From assembly GCA_964035575.1 (NCBI GenBank), contig OZ037834.1, positions 2,046,001-2,110,000 on the forward strand: a stretch of DNA of 64,000 bases, read 5' to 3'. The notes below the pieces were generated by a model. The model worked only from the letters and a program-made list of their open reading frames with translations, was not told the DNA's origin and did no database searches. The DNA comes from Rhynchopus sp. YZ270_cl-10 (taxonomy: Eukaryota). The position numbers and the translations under genes were made by a program. This document shows positions 48,234 to 60,178 of the stretch, one piece after another (within the stretch, counting starts at the first letter, position 1; every line of letters begins with the position of its first letter).

Positions 48234-48315
48234 GCATGGTAGGGTGTCCACCCTTCCCGGTACAGCCGGTCATACCAAAGGTACACTGTTCACGAGAGGG
48301 CTTTTGTATTTCAAG
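48234..48315 (+). repeat. Representative of dispersed family E (catggt.gggtgtccac..ccggtacagccggtcataccaaaggtacac.gttcacgagagggcttttgtatt)
   Basis: Copies at 44810-45111 (split by a MITE), 48234, 54777 (Sm D2 intron 1) and 56381, all in + orientation. Confidence 0.8.
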
Positions 48316-48736
48316 TCAATCTTTTTATATAGAGCTCCTTCAAAAAAAAAACTCCCCCATATACTCCCTTTTTTTCTCACGTATGAGCAGCGGTAGCAAA
48401 ACATAATCTTTCTCTCTCCTTCAAAAAAAATGCCCCTGTCGTAATGGATCGCATTTGGCAGGGCATATCCTATATGTATTGGGGTCTGGGTGGGGAAATC
48501 TCGACAAGGTGCCCGGGATTATTTCTCCAAAATTTTCTCTGTTTCGTTTTTGTTTTTTTTTCCCTATGAGTTATGTATACAGTCTCGTCTGAAAAGTACC
48601 GTGATTTTTTTTTTCCGGTACTCAGAAGCCCCTATTTTTGCCGCTTTTTTAGCGTTCTTTCAACAAAAGATGTGTATGCAACGACCGGCATATTCATCAG
48701 AGAAATCTTGCTTTGATGCTACAATAGTTTTATTAA

Positions 48737-50338
48737 CCCTATAAGAGCCAAGAGCCACTTTAATGGCTTTCGAAATGACGCCATGATTTTAGACAGGTTC
48801 AACTCATTTTCGTAAAAAACATTTTTTTAATGTGGAAAGAATTTGCACCGATCTTTCAAAAGAAGCAAGAGTCGAAAACTTTTGTGCATCTGATATTACT
48901 TTCGGTGCTGGGGGCTGGGGTGCTACTTTCACCAAAAGTGACGTTTTTTCACCCACACCCCAAATATGTACCTTTCGCGATACCCAATGCCGCCAAGCCC
49001 TTAGTCGGGTTCTACCCATTTTTGTGAACACATATTTTTATATATTTCGAAAGATTTTTCGCCGATCTTTCAAAAGAAGCAAGAATCGAAAACTTTTATG
49101 CATCGGATATTACTTTCGATGCTGGGGGGAGGCGGGGTGGGGGTGTGGGCACCCCTGTGACCCCCCCCACATTCTAAAATCTGTAGGACAACGTGCTCTG
49201 ACATAGGGTCTACTCATTTTCGTAAAAACATTTTTTTAATGTGGAAAGAATTTGCACCGATCTTTCAAAAGAAGCAAGAATCGAAAACTTTTATGCATCG
49301 GATATTACTTTCGATGCTGGGGGGAGTCGTGCCACTTTTCAAAGCCCTTTGGACGAGCACCCCCTATTCTGGTTCCTCAATGGCACCCCATGCTCTGTAT
49401 GAGGTTCTACTCGTTTTCGTTAAAATATTTTTATATATTTCAAAGATTTTGACACGAATCTTTCAAAAGAAACAAAAATCGAAAACTTTTACGCATCTGA
49501 TTGCACTTTGGATCTGTGGACTGCTACCCACCCAAGAGGCACCCTTTCGACCCGAAGGACATGGTTATGGCTAAGGGTCATCATGATCTGATACTGGTTC
49601 TGCTTGTTTTCGTAAAAATCCTTTGGTTTATGGGGAAACTATTTGACTCAAATCTTTTAAAATAAGCAATAATCGAAAACCTTTGTGCATCTGTTTGCCA
49701 TTTGGATGCTGGAGCGAGTTGCCACCAAAACCACAAAAACACCCCACACACACGACCTATGCAGAGCACACAGTAAGCCGAATTTTCACTGTTTTTTCGT
49801 ATTTCGGGGTGCTTTTTTCATGGATTTTCGGGTCACAGGGTCGTTCCGACCCATTCTGGGGGCTTTCGACCTCAGGAGATGCCCAAATTGTGAAAAATCG
49901 CCCCTTTTTTACGTTTTTAGCCATGTTTCAGTGTAAATCGTTAAGGAAATCAGTTTTAGACATGGCTACTAACAGAGCTGCACTCATATAAGTTGGGTTC
50001 TACTAGGACTTTTTGCTCGATTTTTTTTTCTTTGAAAAGATTTTGTGATCAATCTTTCAAATAACGCCATTTTCGGACAGAAATAATTTACGTGTTTTTC
50101 CTCGGCCGGCCGAATTAGTAAAAAACCAAAAAGTGGATTTTATGATCACCTCATTTTGGGGATAACATTTTTTTTCGAAAAAAAACTTAAAAAAATGGAA
50201 TTGAAAGCCGTGTTCAAAATCTTTCAATTGCGGCCAGGTACGATCAAAAATTTGCATCTGGGGTCCCTTTACCGGTTGCAGAGCCCCAAAAACCAAAACT
50301 CAAAAGTGGCTTGAAAATATGGCTTGGCTCTTATAGGG
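48737..50338. mobile_element. piggyBac-like non-autonomous element
   Basis: TTAA|ccctataagagccaag ... cttggctcttataggg|TTAA. Internal ~200-bp tandem units (tctttcaaaagaagcaagaatcgaaaactttt) across 48800-49720. Confidence 0.88.
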
Positions 50339-53141
50339 TTAAAAAAATTGGAAGAAAGGTAAGGAAAGGGAGGCAAAAAACGGGAAACTCGGAGAATGTT
50401 TGTCTTTAAAAAAAAAACAAATACACACCTACAAAGTTCCCACATGCCTACTTTCCGCCCCTTGTAGTTAGTACAAAAAAAACTAGTGGAGCACACTCTG
50501 GGGTGGTCTACACTAATACAACCAAGTTTTCAAAAAACAAAAAATATAGTGCATTTCATCCTCAAAGGTGTCTACACTAATACAAATTAAGTTTTCAAAA
50601 AAAAAGGGGGAACAAAACAACAACAAAAAAAGCTACAGTGGAGATTGCACCAACTGTGGCAACACAACCGAGGCAACTACACTACATCCAACAATTTATC
50701 AAGAAAAAAAAACAGTGAATAACTGTAGGATCGGCAGACATTAACTACAACAGTATTACAAAAAAATAAATGGGGTGAATAATGGAGTACTGTCCACGAC
50801 AAAAAAGCCCCAGGATTTCAAAATTTTTGGGTCTGTGTTTTTTCAGTGACGCCGCAAAATAAAAAAAAAATACAATTTACAACATCTTTTCTCAAAAAAC
50901 ATAAAAAATCCCCCTCTTTTGCCCTGAACGCGGTGTGTGCTCTGCTGAATTTATTTATTTGGCAAAGTGCACAAAAATAATACGAAATACGCATTTTTCA
51001 CCCTTTTTACGTAAAATCAAACCTTCCCACACCCCCCCAGTGTTTTACCCCCTTCACCTCTTCCGTAAAAAAAATAACAAAAAATATAGTGGAGCACACT
51101 CTAGGGTGGCTACACTAATACGACCAATGTTTTCAAAAAAAAAAATACCTTTGAAATTCATTAGCCTTCAGGCGACCTTGTGTACAGAACCCGTCCTCGG
51201 ATAGATTGTCGAAACTACAAAACAAAACAAAAACATTGAGTACAGACCCGAGGTTTCCCAAGCGGGTCCTTCGGCGATTTGTCGACACAACAAAAAAAAA
51301 AAACAAACCCGAAACCCCGCGGGGTGTATTTGATAACTAGTAGGGGTAATTCTTGCTCAGAATATGGCCCCAATGTGTGTGTGTATGTGTGTGGGAGAAG
51401 GTGCTTAGTGTAGCTCACGTCTCTCTCCATTCATTTGCTAATTTTCAAACCCCTTTCTCTTCTTCCACCTCCTCCTCACCTACAGACGTAGGTTGCAGAA
51501 GTTGCATTTGTGGCCTGGAGTGGGGGATGGCATCCCTGGCCACTGTGCGTCAGATAAAAGGTGGATGTTTTGTATTGGGTTGGACGGCTGAGGAAGAGAG
51601 ACGGTGGAAGCGACAGAAATGGGGGAAAACAAAGGGGGTGTAGGTGGATACGTAGGAATACCCTTGAGGTAAGGTACGGATATAGAACTGCAAAAAGCTT
51701 GCTTCATTTTTTTGTAAGCAAAAGGTTGACTAGGCACAAATCGAGCCCTTAGTCTGTTAGGTGGCATTTTACGACTTTTTTTTATTCGCTGGTTACTGGG
51801 AAGATCAATCAGGGCGGCCCTTAGAGGCGCGTCGCTGAAGTGCTCCCACCAGACGGTGTGAGTGAGAGTCACACTTGGTGTGGGGTTTTTGATTAATATT
51901 CTCATCGTAAAGAGCCTCAGAAAGGTGTCGGTGTTTGTACTTCTTTCTTGGAAGAAAGATGGGAACATTTTTGTTGATCCCTCACCATATACTATCAATT
52001 TATTGATTGCATATGATGAAATGCTTTCTTGGGTATCGATTATCCCCCACGGTGCGTCGATGTTTAGCCCCAGTCCAGAAAAAAACTTTCCTCTTTTTTC
52101 AGGTGTCTCTCTGTACGTCGAGAAACACATATTATTTACCTTTCAAATTTTCTTTTTTTTTCAGATGGTTTTCAAAAAAAACCGAACCTCGCGCTTTTAT
52201 TCAGAGAGAAGGAGACTTTTTTTTTCCCCTCCAACTTTCAGCTTTACCCCCCTTTTAGCCATATTCCAAAAGAGTCAAACCGTTTTTATTTTTTTGGGGA
52301 AAGTGTTATCAACTTTCAAAATTTCCCCTCCTTTAAGGTGACTAAGCGAGGCTTAGAGTCATCTTAAACCTTTTTTGGCTCTCATTTTTTTTAGTTGACA
52401 TCCAGAGGTGTCAAGCACGTTTTCAATTGTTTTTTTTCCCCCTCTTTTTTTACGTTGTCTCTCAATGCATACCCCCCTCCGGCTTGGGACCTAATCAAAC
52501 AAAAGGTTCCGGCAAATTATATAAGATTTTACTCCCCCTCGGTTTCTCCCTTTTTTTTTTGTGTTGTTTAGTTTGATTTTTCGACACCAAACATCCAAAA
52601 AAAAAAAAAATACAATTCACCTTCCCTGTCGAGCAGCATGATCACAGGATGGGAGCGTGGTTTGCAGGGCAGAAACGGGGGATTTTCTTCTTTTTTTTTC
52701 CCCTCTTTTTTTTCGCGTTCTGTTTCATTTTTTTTGGGAGATGCGCTTTTGCAGGCTTTTAAAGCTTCGTTAACAATCCCCCATCTCCCCGCTCTGCCAG
52801 CCAGCAGACGGAACAAAGGCAAAGGAGAAGAACACCAGGCACTCCGCTAGGTACTAAAGTTCTGTTGATTGTCAACAGAACTTTTTGAAAATGGGGAAAA
52901 AAAGAAAAAAAAAAAAGTTCTGCTAAGTGGTTCAGACCCGTTCTACCTGTCAAAAAAGCTCAGGAGAAGAAGATATGGAGAGGTGAGTGCTCAAACGTCC
53001 CAAAAAAGTCAAAATCGGGCGTTGGTAAAAAAAAAAGTTGCGTACCGTGCGCCTGCGGCGCAAGCATGTACCCCACCAACGTGGACCATCAACAGAATAT
53101 TTTCAAAATCGGAAATCCTAGCGGAGAGCCTGAAGAACACA

Positions 53142-53179
<38 letters not shown>

Positions 53180-53850
53180 AAACACAAATGAGGAGCCATG
53201 CACTTTACATAACGCTGCGAAGTCGTGAGTTGCATGCAACACCATTGCCTCATGATATTTTTTTTTAAAATGAAAACGAAAAGGGGGGGGGTCAAAATGT
53301 CCACATTTTTTCAACAGAGTTATTAGTCAGATCTATACAAGGTATAAATTTGACTATTTTTGTGTGTATAGATCTGACCATATCCCTGTGAAAATATGTA
53401 CATTTGACTTTCACCCATGGAAAAGAAAAGAAAAAACCGCTCCCCCAAAGAGAAGAACCTCATTGAATTCAGTAACGAACAAAACCCCCCTTTTTTTCCC
53501 CAAATTATTTTCATATAAGTGACAAAGTGACAAAGTGAAGGCTTTGGATCATCTTACCTTTTTTTTACTCTCTCTTTTTTGATATTTTTCTTTCTTTTTT
53601 TTTTTTCTCTCTGAAAAAAAGAATCAGGGGTAGGGGGGGATCTTTTGTTCTGTTGAACGGGGGGGGGGGGTGGGTTATGTGTTTGGACATCTATGTTGTG
53701 ATGAGTCACAAAAAAAAAAGGATTTTTTTAATTTAGACCCTAGGATTTTTCTTCCTTTTGTGCTTTTATCTGAGGCCGGCATCGTACAGTGGGTCAGACG
53801 GCTCGTGGGAAGGGGCATGTGCACGGATTCTTATTCCTAGGAAATGTGGA

Positions 53851-54230
53851 GGGAGATATCTTTTCTGTTCCGTTCTGCTCGCATGCTTCTGTTCCTCAGT
53901 CAACAACACAACACCGCAACTAAGGCAAGGGAAGGATAGACATATATCTGCCTATCCCTAGTCAATGCGGGGGAGATATCCTTTATGTTCCGTTCTGCTC
54001 GCATGCTTCTGTTCCTCAGTCAACAACACAACACAACACCGCAACTAAGGCAAGGGAAGGATAGACATACATCTGCCTATCCCTAGTCAATGCGGGGGAG
54101 ATACCTTTTCTGTTCCGTTCTGCGCGCATGCTTCTGTTCCTCAGTCAACAACACAACACAACACCGCAACTAAGGCAAGGGAAGGATAGACACACATCTG
54201 CCTATCCCTAGTCAATGCGGGGGAGATATC
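53851..54230 (+). repeat. Three ~125-bp tandem repeats, each holding a hairpin that ends in AGA+3 nt (candidate H/ACA-like AGA snoRNA cluster)
   Basis: Near-identical units. Hairpins at 53912-53979, 54037-54104 and 54162-54229 have a ccgca/tgcgg basal stem, an aggga/tccct upper stem, and 14 nt from the upper stem to AGA. Confidence 0.55.
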
Positions 54231-54657
54231 TATTACCAAAAAACCCACACACCCCATGGGGCGTCTGCGCATACTATAAAACTTCACTTTTCCGGTCATC
54301 TGTTCGGCTTTATCCCATACAGAACAATCCAAATGAACAGAACAAGAAGACTTTATCTTCCAGAATAAGCGTACCCCCTTCGTTCCCCACACTGCTTGTC
54401 TACTGTCTGCTGCAAGGCAGCTTTGGGTGTCTTTGTGTCTCATCTCTCCTTAGCTTAGTTGTCCTGAAGTGGAAGTTTCTTGCCTCTATCCTCAGCGACC
54501 ACCTGGTGGTTTATTGTTGGCCGCATACCCGAAAATCTCTCTTTTGCGATGACCTCTCACATACCACAGACTACACATTTCAGGAAAAAAAAAAAGCGTT
54601 CCCTCACACTAGGCTGTGGTCCCCATCAGCAAAACCCTTTTTTTTCTAAAGTAAAAG

Positions 54658-55501
54658 ATGTCCGAAAAAGTTGCAGGAGAGAAGAGGAAACGCGAGGAGC
54701 TGGACGAGGAGGAGGAGCGGGTGAAGGAGGAGGCTGAATTTGAGAATGTATGTGAATTTTTTTTTAATAGAAAAACGGTGTACCAAGGTATTTCACTGTC
54801 ACGAGAGGGCTTTGGTATTTCAAGGCAAATTGAAAATTTGAGTACGTCGTGATTCACATTGTATATTCAAATAACCCCCCACATCACAACTAAAACCCAC
54901 CCCACCACACAGGGCCCAATGTCTATCCTGAAGCACGCAATCAGATCCGAAAATAAGGTGCTGATAAATTGCCGCAACAGCAAAAAGCTCCTCGCAAAGG
55001 TGAAGGCGTTTGACCGCCACATGAACATGGTGCTTGAGGACGTCAACGAGCTGTGGACAGAGGTGCCTAAGACCAAGGCAGGGGAGAAGGCAGTGCCGCA
55101 GAACAGGTGTGTAACCAACCAATATTGGGGAATATTTTCACTATTTTCTACTTAGAGCGGGGTACTTGGGTGCTTTCCTCCGGATGGCTGGCATCGGAGG
55201 TGTACCTGCATCAATAACTACCATTTTTCTCTCTTTTTCGCATAAAAAGCGTGGAGCTCACGCGAGAAGAAAAAAAAGCGAGGTGTCCACACGTTTTCAA
55301 TTATTCAAAATGAAATGGATTTTAGTAGGTCAGGACAAATGTAAGGATTGCCATGATTGAGAGGTTCATGCATTTTCCGCATCTCACAACGCTTCCACCA
55401 CCCTTTTTTTTTTCCCCAGGTTCCGCTTCATCCCAAAAATATTCGTGCGAGGAGACAACGTGATCCTGGTCGTCAAGAACCCCCCAGTTGCGTCCAAGTA
55501 A
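54658..55501 (+). CDS. SNRPD2: Small nuclear ribonucleoprotein Sm D2, 3 exons
   Basis: Exons 54658-54747, 54913-55106 and 55420-55501 give [68 protein letters not shown], the Sm D2 signature. Confidence 0.95.
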
Positions 55502-56885
55502 GCAACTCTGTTGAAAATGTCAGATCCCGCATAATTTAAAAAAGAATCAGCAAAACACAAAAGAAAATTGCTCTTTTTTTTCTTTTGTGTCCGGGCTTGT
55601 TCTTCTTTTTTGGGGTTTCGGGTAGGTTAGGGGAAAAAATGGGGATTTAGGGGGTGCTGTGGTGTTTTGTTTCATGGGAAGTTTTCGTTTTCTTTTTGTC
55701 TTTTTTTAATACAGCATCAACAACAACAACAAGGTTAAAATAATAACCATTTTTTCCCCCCTCAAAAAAAGCAAATAAACATGCAACACAATGTGGTGAC
55801 GTGGGTACGTATATTGTTTTTTTCTTTTTTGTAAATTTGTGGGGGGGGAAACGAAAACAAGTTGGGGGGGGCCATGGAGCCTCTCGTGGGGTGGTACGAA
55901 GATGAACGAACATTTTATAAGATGTGCATGTACGCGAGACATACTCATCTTTCAAAAAAAAAAAAATTTGAGGTAGACCAACAAATCAGACATGATATCG
56001 CTGACAAAGTGTTTTCCTGAATTTTTTTTTTTTTTTGTTTTTGTTTTTTGTTTGGCGGTGCGGGGGGGTAGTGGCGGTGGGGTGGGTATTCAGTAGTAGG
56101 GAAACGCATCCTGGCGATGTGGGCTGTTGCAGTCTTCTCTATTACTAACCAAGTTTTCAAAAAAAAAAAAAAAAAGTTTTCCCCACAATTTCCAAACTCA
56201 AAGACACATCGCACGATTCTCCCCATCGCTTTTTAGAGCGATTCAAATCACACAGTGAAGGACTATCTGAATGGCAAGGTACAGCGTCTTCTTCTTTTTT
56301 CCTTTTTCCTTTTGCGGATTGCGCCTCCCAATCTCATTTTCTTCTGAGATGTAAAAATTACGCAAAATGGACGTTGGACTGCATGGTTGGGGTCGACTCC
56401 CCCGGTACACCCGGTCATTGTACCAAGGTACCCGAACTCCTCAACCACCGTGGATTGTCCGCGTCAAGGTTCCTCCAGTACACCACGGATTGTTCAGGTT
56501 CGTCTCGTCCTTCGACACAACGTCGCGTGTCCCTTCAGCAGCTTGTTGAGCGTCATGCCATGTACCCCATTTGCGCTACTATTGGAGAAGGCGCATGCCT
56601 GGGAACGCATCCCGGCGACGTTGCAGAAGCTTCTTTCATGAAGCGGACGGATCACATACGACTTGCCTGACCCACCCTTCCCCCCTGCAGCCTCAGATAA
56701 TCGTCCGGTCCTGCCAGTTTGTTCTGCGACACCTTCAGCGCTGTTCACGAGCGGGGCTATTATTTCAAGCGAACGTTTCTTTTTTTAACCCTCTGAAAAT
56801 AGATACAGCTTTTCAAAAATAACCTTGGCTTGTATTACCAACATAATTTTTTAACCCTACCCCTTCACCACAGTACACAAAGAAG

Positions 56886-59240
56886 ATGCTCCCTGTAAGA
56901 GTTGCTAGGCATAAAAACCCGCAGAAAGGGGTGGAAAAGGCAGCCCCTCTGCCAAGCGATGGTCACGCCAACGACAGTGTTGTGGTCACAGCGGACCTCC
57001 GCCGGCATTGTTTTGCAGTAGGGACCGCACCGCTGCCACCATCGCATCGCCACCCCCCTCCTCCTCCTCCTCGATCATCTCATACACAACGGTCTCCTTC
57101 TGCAGGCATTTCGTCTCGCTCACGCTCAGGATTGACAGACATCACCCCTATAGCGCATCAGGTTCACAACCGGCCGAGACAACCAAGCAAATCCTCCCTC
57201 ACTTCGTCTTCATCCCGCCCATTATCGGAATGCGATGAAAATCGGGTGAAACGGAGTTCATTATCGCGACGTTCTGCCTCAGGGGGGAGTTCGAGTGTTA
57301 CCTCAAAATGCATCTCTGAACATTGTTACTCAACGATGTTGGATCCGGGGTTGAATGGGCTATTGCAGGAGTTGTTTGTGAGGATCTGTGAAGGCGCGTG
57401 TTGTGATGAGGTGCGTGATCTTGCTGATGTATTAGGAGTGGAGGAAGTGACGGAGCGGAGTGTAGCGGAGGTGGTAGAGGGATACGCAATGTCGCAAACA
57501 CTCTTCGCGAAGTTCATTCGACGCGTCGTCTGCGACAATACCTGCACGCTCTCTGCTTTAAACACAGCCAACCTAGAAGTTCACGACCGATTCTCCTGGG
57601 ACCTCCAAAACCCTGTTCTCCCACCAGACACCTCAGAGCTCCACTATGTTACGTTTATCTCGCATTTCATCGCAACCCTGGCTCTGTACAATGACCTGCA
57701 GAATATACCGCGGTATTATGTAAACCCTTCGACGCTGTCGTTTCAGGATATCCAAGCGGAGAGGTGGCTGTTCGTGAACGCCTTCATTGCGAAAATGAAA
57801 TGTCAGTTTTATGGAGCAAATGAAAGCCAAAAATGCGAGTTTATCGAAGAGGTGGTGAAAAGGAGCTTGGGGTTGGAGTGTGGAGGGAAAGCGGTGGTAG
57901 TGAAGGTGTTTTCTGGGGAGTGCTTGGAGAGGGTGCAGGCGGTGTTTGCGAAGTTCTGGCATCGTTCTGATTTATCGATTCTTCAGGGGGAGAAGCTGCT
58001 CGCGCAGCACAGACACGATGGTCTCAGAGCGGAACACTTCGCAAGGCTTCTCTCCTTCTTCTCTATAGCACCTAATACAGAGGTCGACTCCTCCTGCCTT
58101 GGGTCGCACCACAGCTTTTCCGCCATCATGTCTTCACCACACACCCTCCACTCAGAGCTCAACCTCCAAGACTTCATCGACACATTGTCAATCCTTGCCA
58201 CAACTCGCATTTTGACAGAGAAATCCACTCCTGAGGGCTATGTGGATGGGGTGTTGAGTGAACTAAAGAGGATTTTGGAGGAGCTCAAGATTTTTGATCA
58301 GTTGGGTGAAGTGCTGCCGAGAGCCCACTTGGAATCGTTTTTGCGGAAGGCGGGGCACAGCAGCGATGTGGATGTGGAGCGTATGGGGGGGCGCTCTGCG
58401 TCGTTGTCGAGGCGTAGTGGGAGTAGCTCTGCGGGGGGTGGGTGGGGAGGGCGGTCTCGCGTTGCATCCAGCTCTGCGCGAAGCATGCCTGTCTCAAGCA
58501 AGGATGGCGGTGGGTCGGTCGCTCTCAGCACAGAGCTGTCTTATGCGTCGCTCCGTTCAGCATTGCTGCGCATTTTTGCGGCATACGCAGGATATCGAAA
58601 CAGCGAAAACGTCCGTCCCGCGGTGACTCAAATGCAACTCAAACAGCTCCATTCTGATCTTTGTCGTCCAGGAAAAGGAGGGTACAGTGACTTCGCGGTA
58701 TGGCGATTCGCTGCAGAGCGTGAAGGGAAAGAAATCGGGTTTGGTGCATTCGAGCGCATTATATGCCATATTGCTCAGGTGTGGCGTGCTAAGTCGCACG
58801 CCATGGAGGGGGTGGCGGTGTACGCCTTCATGCGTGAGGTGGTGTGGTGCTGCCCTGCTGTGAAGCGGACTGCACCCTCCTTGGGAGGTGTGTATACTAT
58901 CGCCACGGAGGTGGGCGAGTTCGAGGTGGCGTCAGAACTGCTGCCGTTGCCGCCTTCGGTGGGCGCATTGTATGAGTCATGTGGTGCGGGCAGCTTTGAG
59001 ACTATGAAGGATCTTGACCTCGCGCCGACCGCGCTGCTGCGTAAGATGTACCGTATGAGTGCAGTGGCGGGCTGCATCACAGCGCCCGATGGGGTGCATC
59101 TCACGGAGCTCTCGTTTCTGGATTTGTTGCTCCGTCTTGGGGACTTCAAGTACGCGAAGAGCCCTGTGTGCAGGAATGTGAACGACCGTCTGGCTGCGTT
59201 GGTGTCGCATATGTTCATGGCGTTGAGTGGGAAGCGGTGA
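56886..59240 (+). CDS. Hypothetical protein, 784 aa (Ser/Pro-rich N-terminus, degenerate EF-hand-like helical repeats)
   Basis: Long intact ORF after an AG acceptor. Segments such as LLRIFAAYA and LTELSFLDLLLRL resemble degenerate EF-hand folds (weak). Confidence 0.75.
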   Translation: MLPVRVARHKNPQKGVEKAAPLPSDGHANDSVVVTADLRRHCFAVGTAPLPPSHRHPPPPPPRSSHTQRSPSAGISSRSRSGLTDITPIAHQVHNRPRQPSKSSLTSSSSRPLSECDENRVKRSSLSRRSASGGSSSVTSKCISEHCYSTMLDPGLNGLLQELFVRICEGACCDEVRDLADVLGVEEVTERSVAEVVEGYAMSQTLFAKFIRRVVCDNTCTLSALNTANLEVHDRFSWDLQNPVLPPDTSELHYVTFISHFIATLALYNDLQNIPRYYVNPSTLSFQDIQAERWLFVNAFIAKMKCQFYGANESQKCEFIEEVVKRSLGLECGGKAVVVKVFSGECLERVQAVFAKFWHRSDLSILQGEKLLAQHRHDGLRAEHFARLLSFFSIAPNTEVDSSCLGSHHSFSAIMSSPHTLHSELNLQDFIDTLSILATTRILTEKSTPEGYVDGVLSELKRILEELKIFDQLGEVLPRAHLESFLRKAGHSSDVDVERMGGRSASLSRRSGSSSAGGGWGGRSRVASSSARSMPVSSKDGGGSVALSTELSYASLRSALLRIFAAYAGYRNSENVRPAVTQMQLKQLHSDLCRPGKGGYSDFAVWRFAAEREGKEIGFGAFERIICHIAQVWRAKSHAMEGVAVYAFMREVVWCCPAVKRTAPSLGGVYTIATEVGEFEVASELLPLPPSVGALYESCGAGSFETMKDLDLAPTALLRKMYRMSAVAGCITAPDGVHLTELSFLDLLLRLGDFKYAKSPVCRNVNDRLAALVSHMFMALSGKR

Positions 59241-59404
59241 TTGTAGATGGGTAGAAGGGTGTGTGGGGGATATAGATAGATTAGAATGTACTAAAAAAGG
59301 AAAATGTTTTGCAGTGTGTTGCTCTTTATGATTTTACCCATGTTCAACTGAAAGCCACCCCACAGATACCTCGTGCATCTCACTTTACACTTTACACTAT
59401 TAGG

Positions 59405-60178
59405 ATGCCGCTTTTGCAGAAGGGCCTCGTGCTGGCGTCGCTTGTGGCCCTCAGCAACGCAGCAGGAGAGGCAAGCGTGCGTGTGGAGGGGCCTGCTCAG
59501 CAGGGGATCGTGCCGAATGGGGTCTCTGCGTCCCTCCCGATCCACCTCGAGTTCCTGTCCTCAGCAGGCAACCCTGCCTGGCCAGACATCAGCGCACCGA
59601 CAGTGGTGCCCGGTGCACGTCTGCAGGACCCACCAGCACACCTGCGCCTGCTCCCAACAACGCTGTCGAACTGGGACCTTCCTGCAGGGACGGAGGTGAC
59701 GTATTCGTGCCCGAACGAGCCTTCCCTGATTGATGTGTGCGACGCATGGGTGTTCTTCTACGCATGCCCGCAGAGCTGTGTGCGCACGTACCAGGGCGGC
59801 CTCCCAGGACTGCTTGCAGTGACCCCAGGATGGGAGAGGACGCAGTGCGCACCACGCTTCACAACAGGCGCACCCGGAGCCTCGTTCGTGCACCCGATGG
59901 GAAGCTTCAGGAAGCAGCTTGCGCCGGGTGCGTCGACGACGTTCACGCTGCCTGCCAACGCAGAGTTTGTTGCCTTTGGTATTGACAAGGACGCTGTGGA
60001 CTGCACGCAGCACCTCACTGTTGGTGCATGCCCTGTGATTGGCGGACGCTGCACCTGGGACGGATCTTCGTGCAAGAACAACAACTGCCAGGGCAGGTAC
60101 GGCCCACCGCCGCCGTGCACCGAGTGCCCGTGGAAGGGGCTTGTGACACGTTCCCCGTCAGACGGTCCCTTCCCTTAA
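59405..60178 (+). CDS. Secreted Cys-rich hypothetical protein, 257 aa
   Basis: ATG 59405 followed by signal peptide MPLLQKGLVLASLVALSNAA. Cys-rich C-terminus. Same GC-rich codon style as the other secreted genes. Confidence 0.8.
   Translation: MPLLQKGLVLASLVALSNAAGEASVRVEGPAQQGIVPNGVSASLPIHLEFLSSAGNPAWPDISAPTVVPGARLQDPPAHLRLLPTTLSNWDLPAGTEVTYSCPNEPSLIDVCDAWVFFYACPQSCVRTYQGGLPGLLAVTPGWERTQCAPRFTTGAPGASFVHPMGSFRKQLAPGASTTFTLPANAEFVAFGIDKDAVDCTQHLTVGACPVIGGRCTWDGSSCKNNNCQGRYGPPPPCTECPWKGLVTRSPSDGPFP

Noticed and set aside
51480..52341. ORFs 51480-52130 (-) and 51862-52341 (+)
   Set aside because: AT-rich, homopolymer-laden and without motifs, so not supportable as genes.
53851..54230. Tandem repeats as a CRISPR-like array (also 48800-49720)
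   Set aside because: No unique spacers, no cas genes, and a eukaryotic context.
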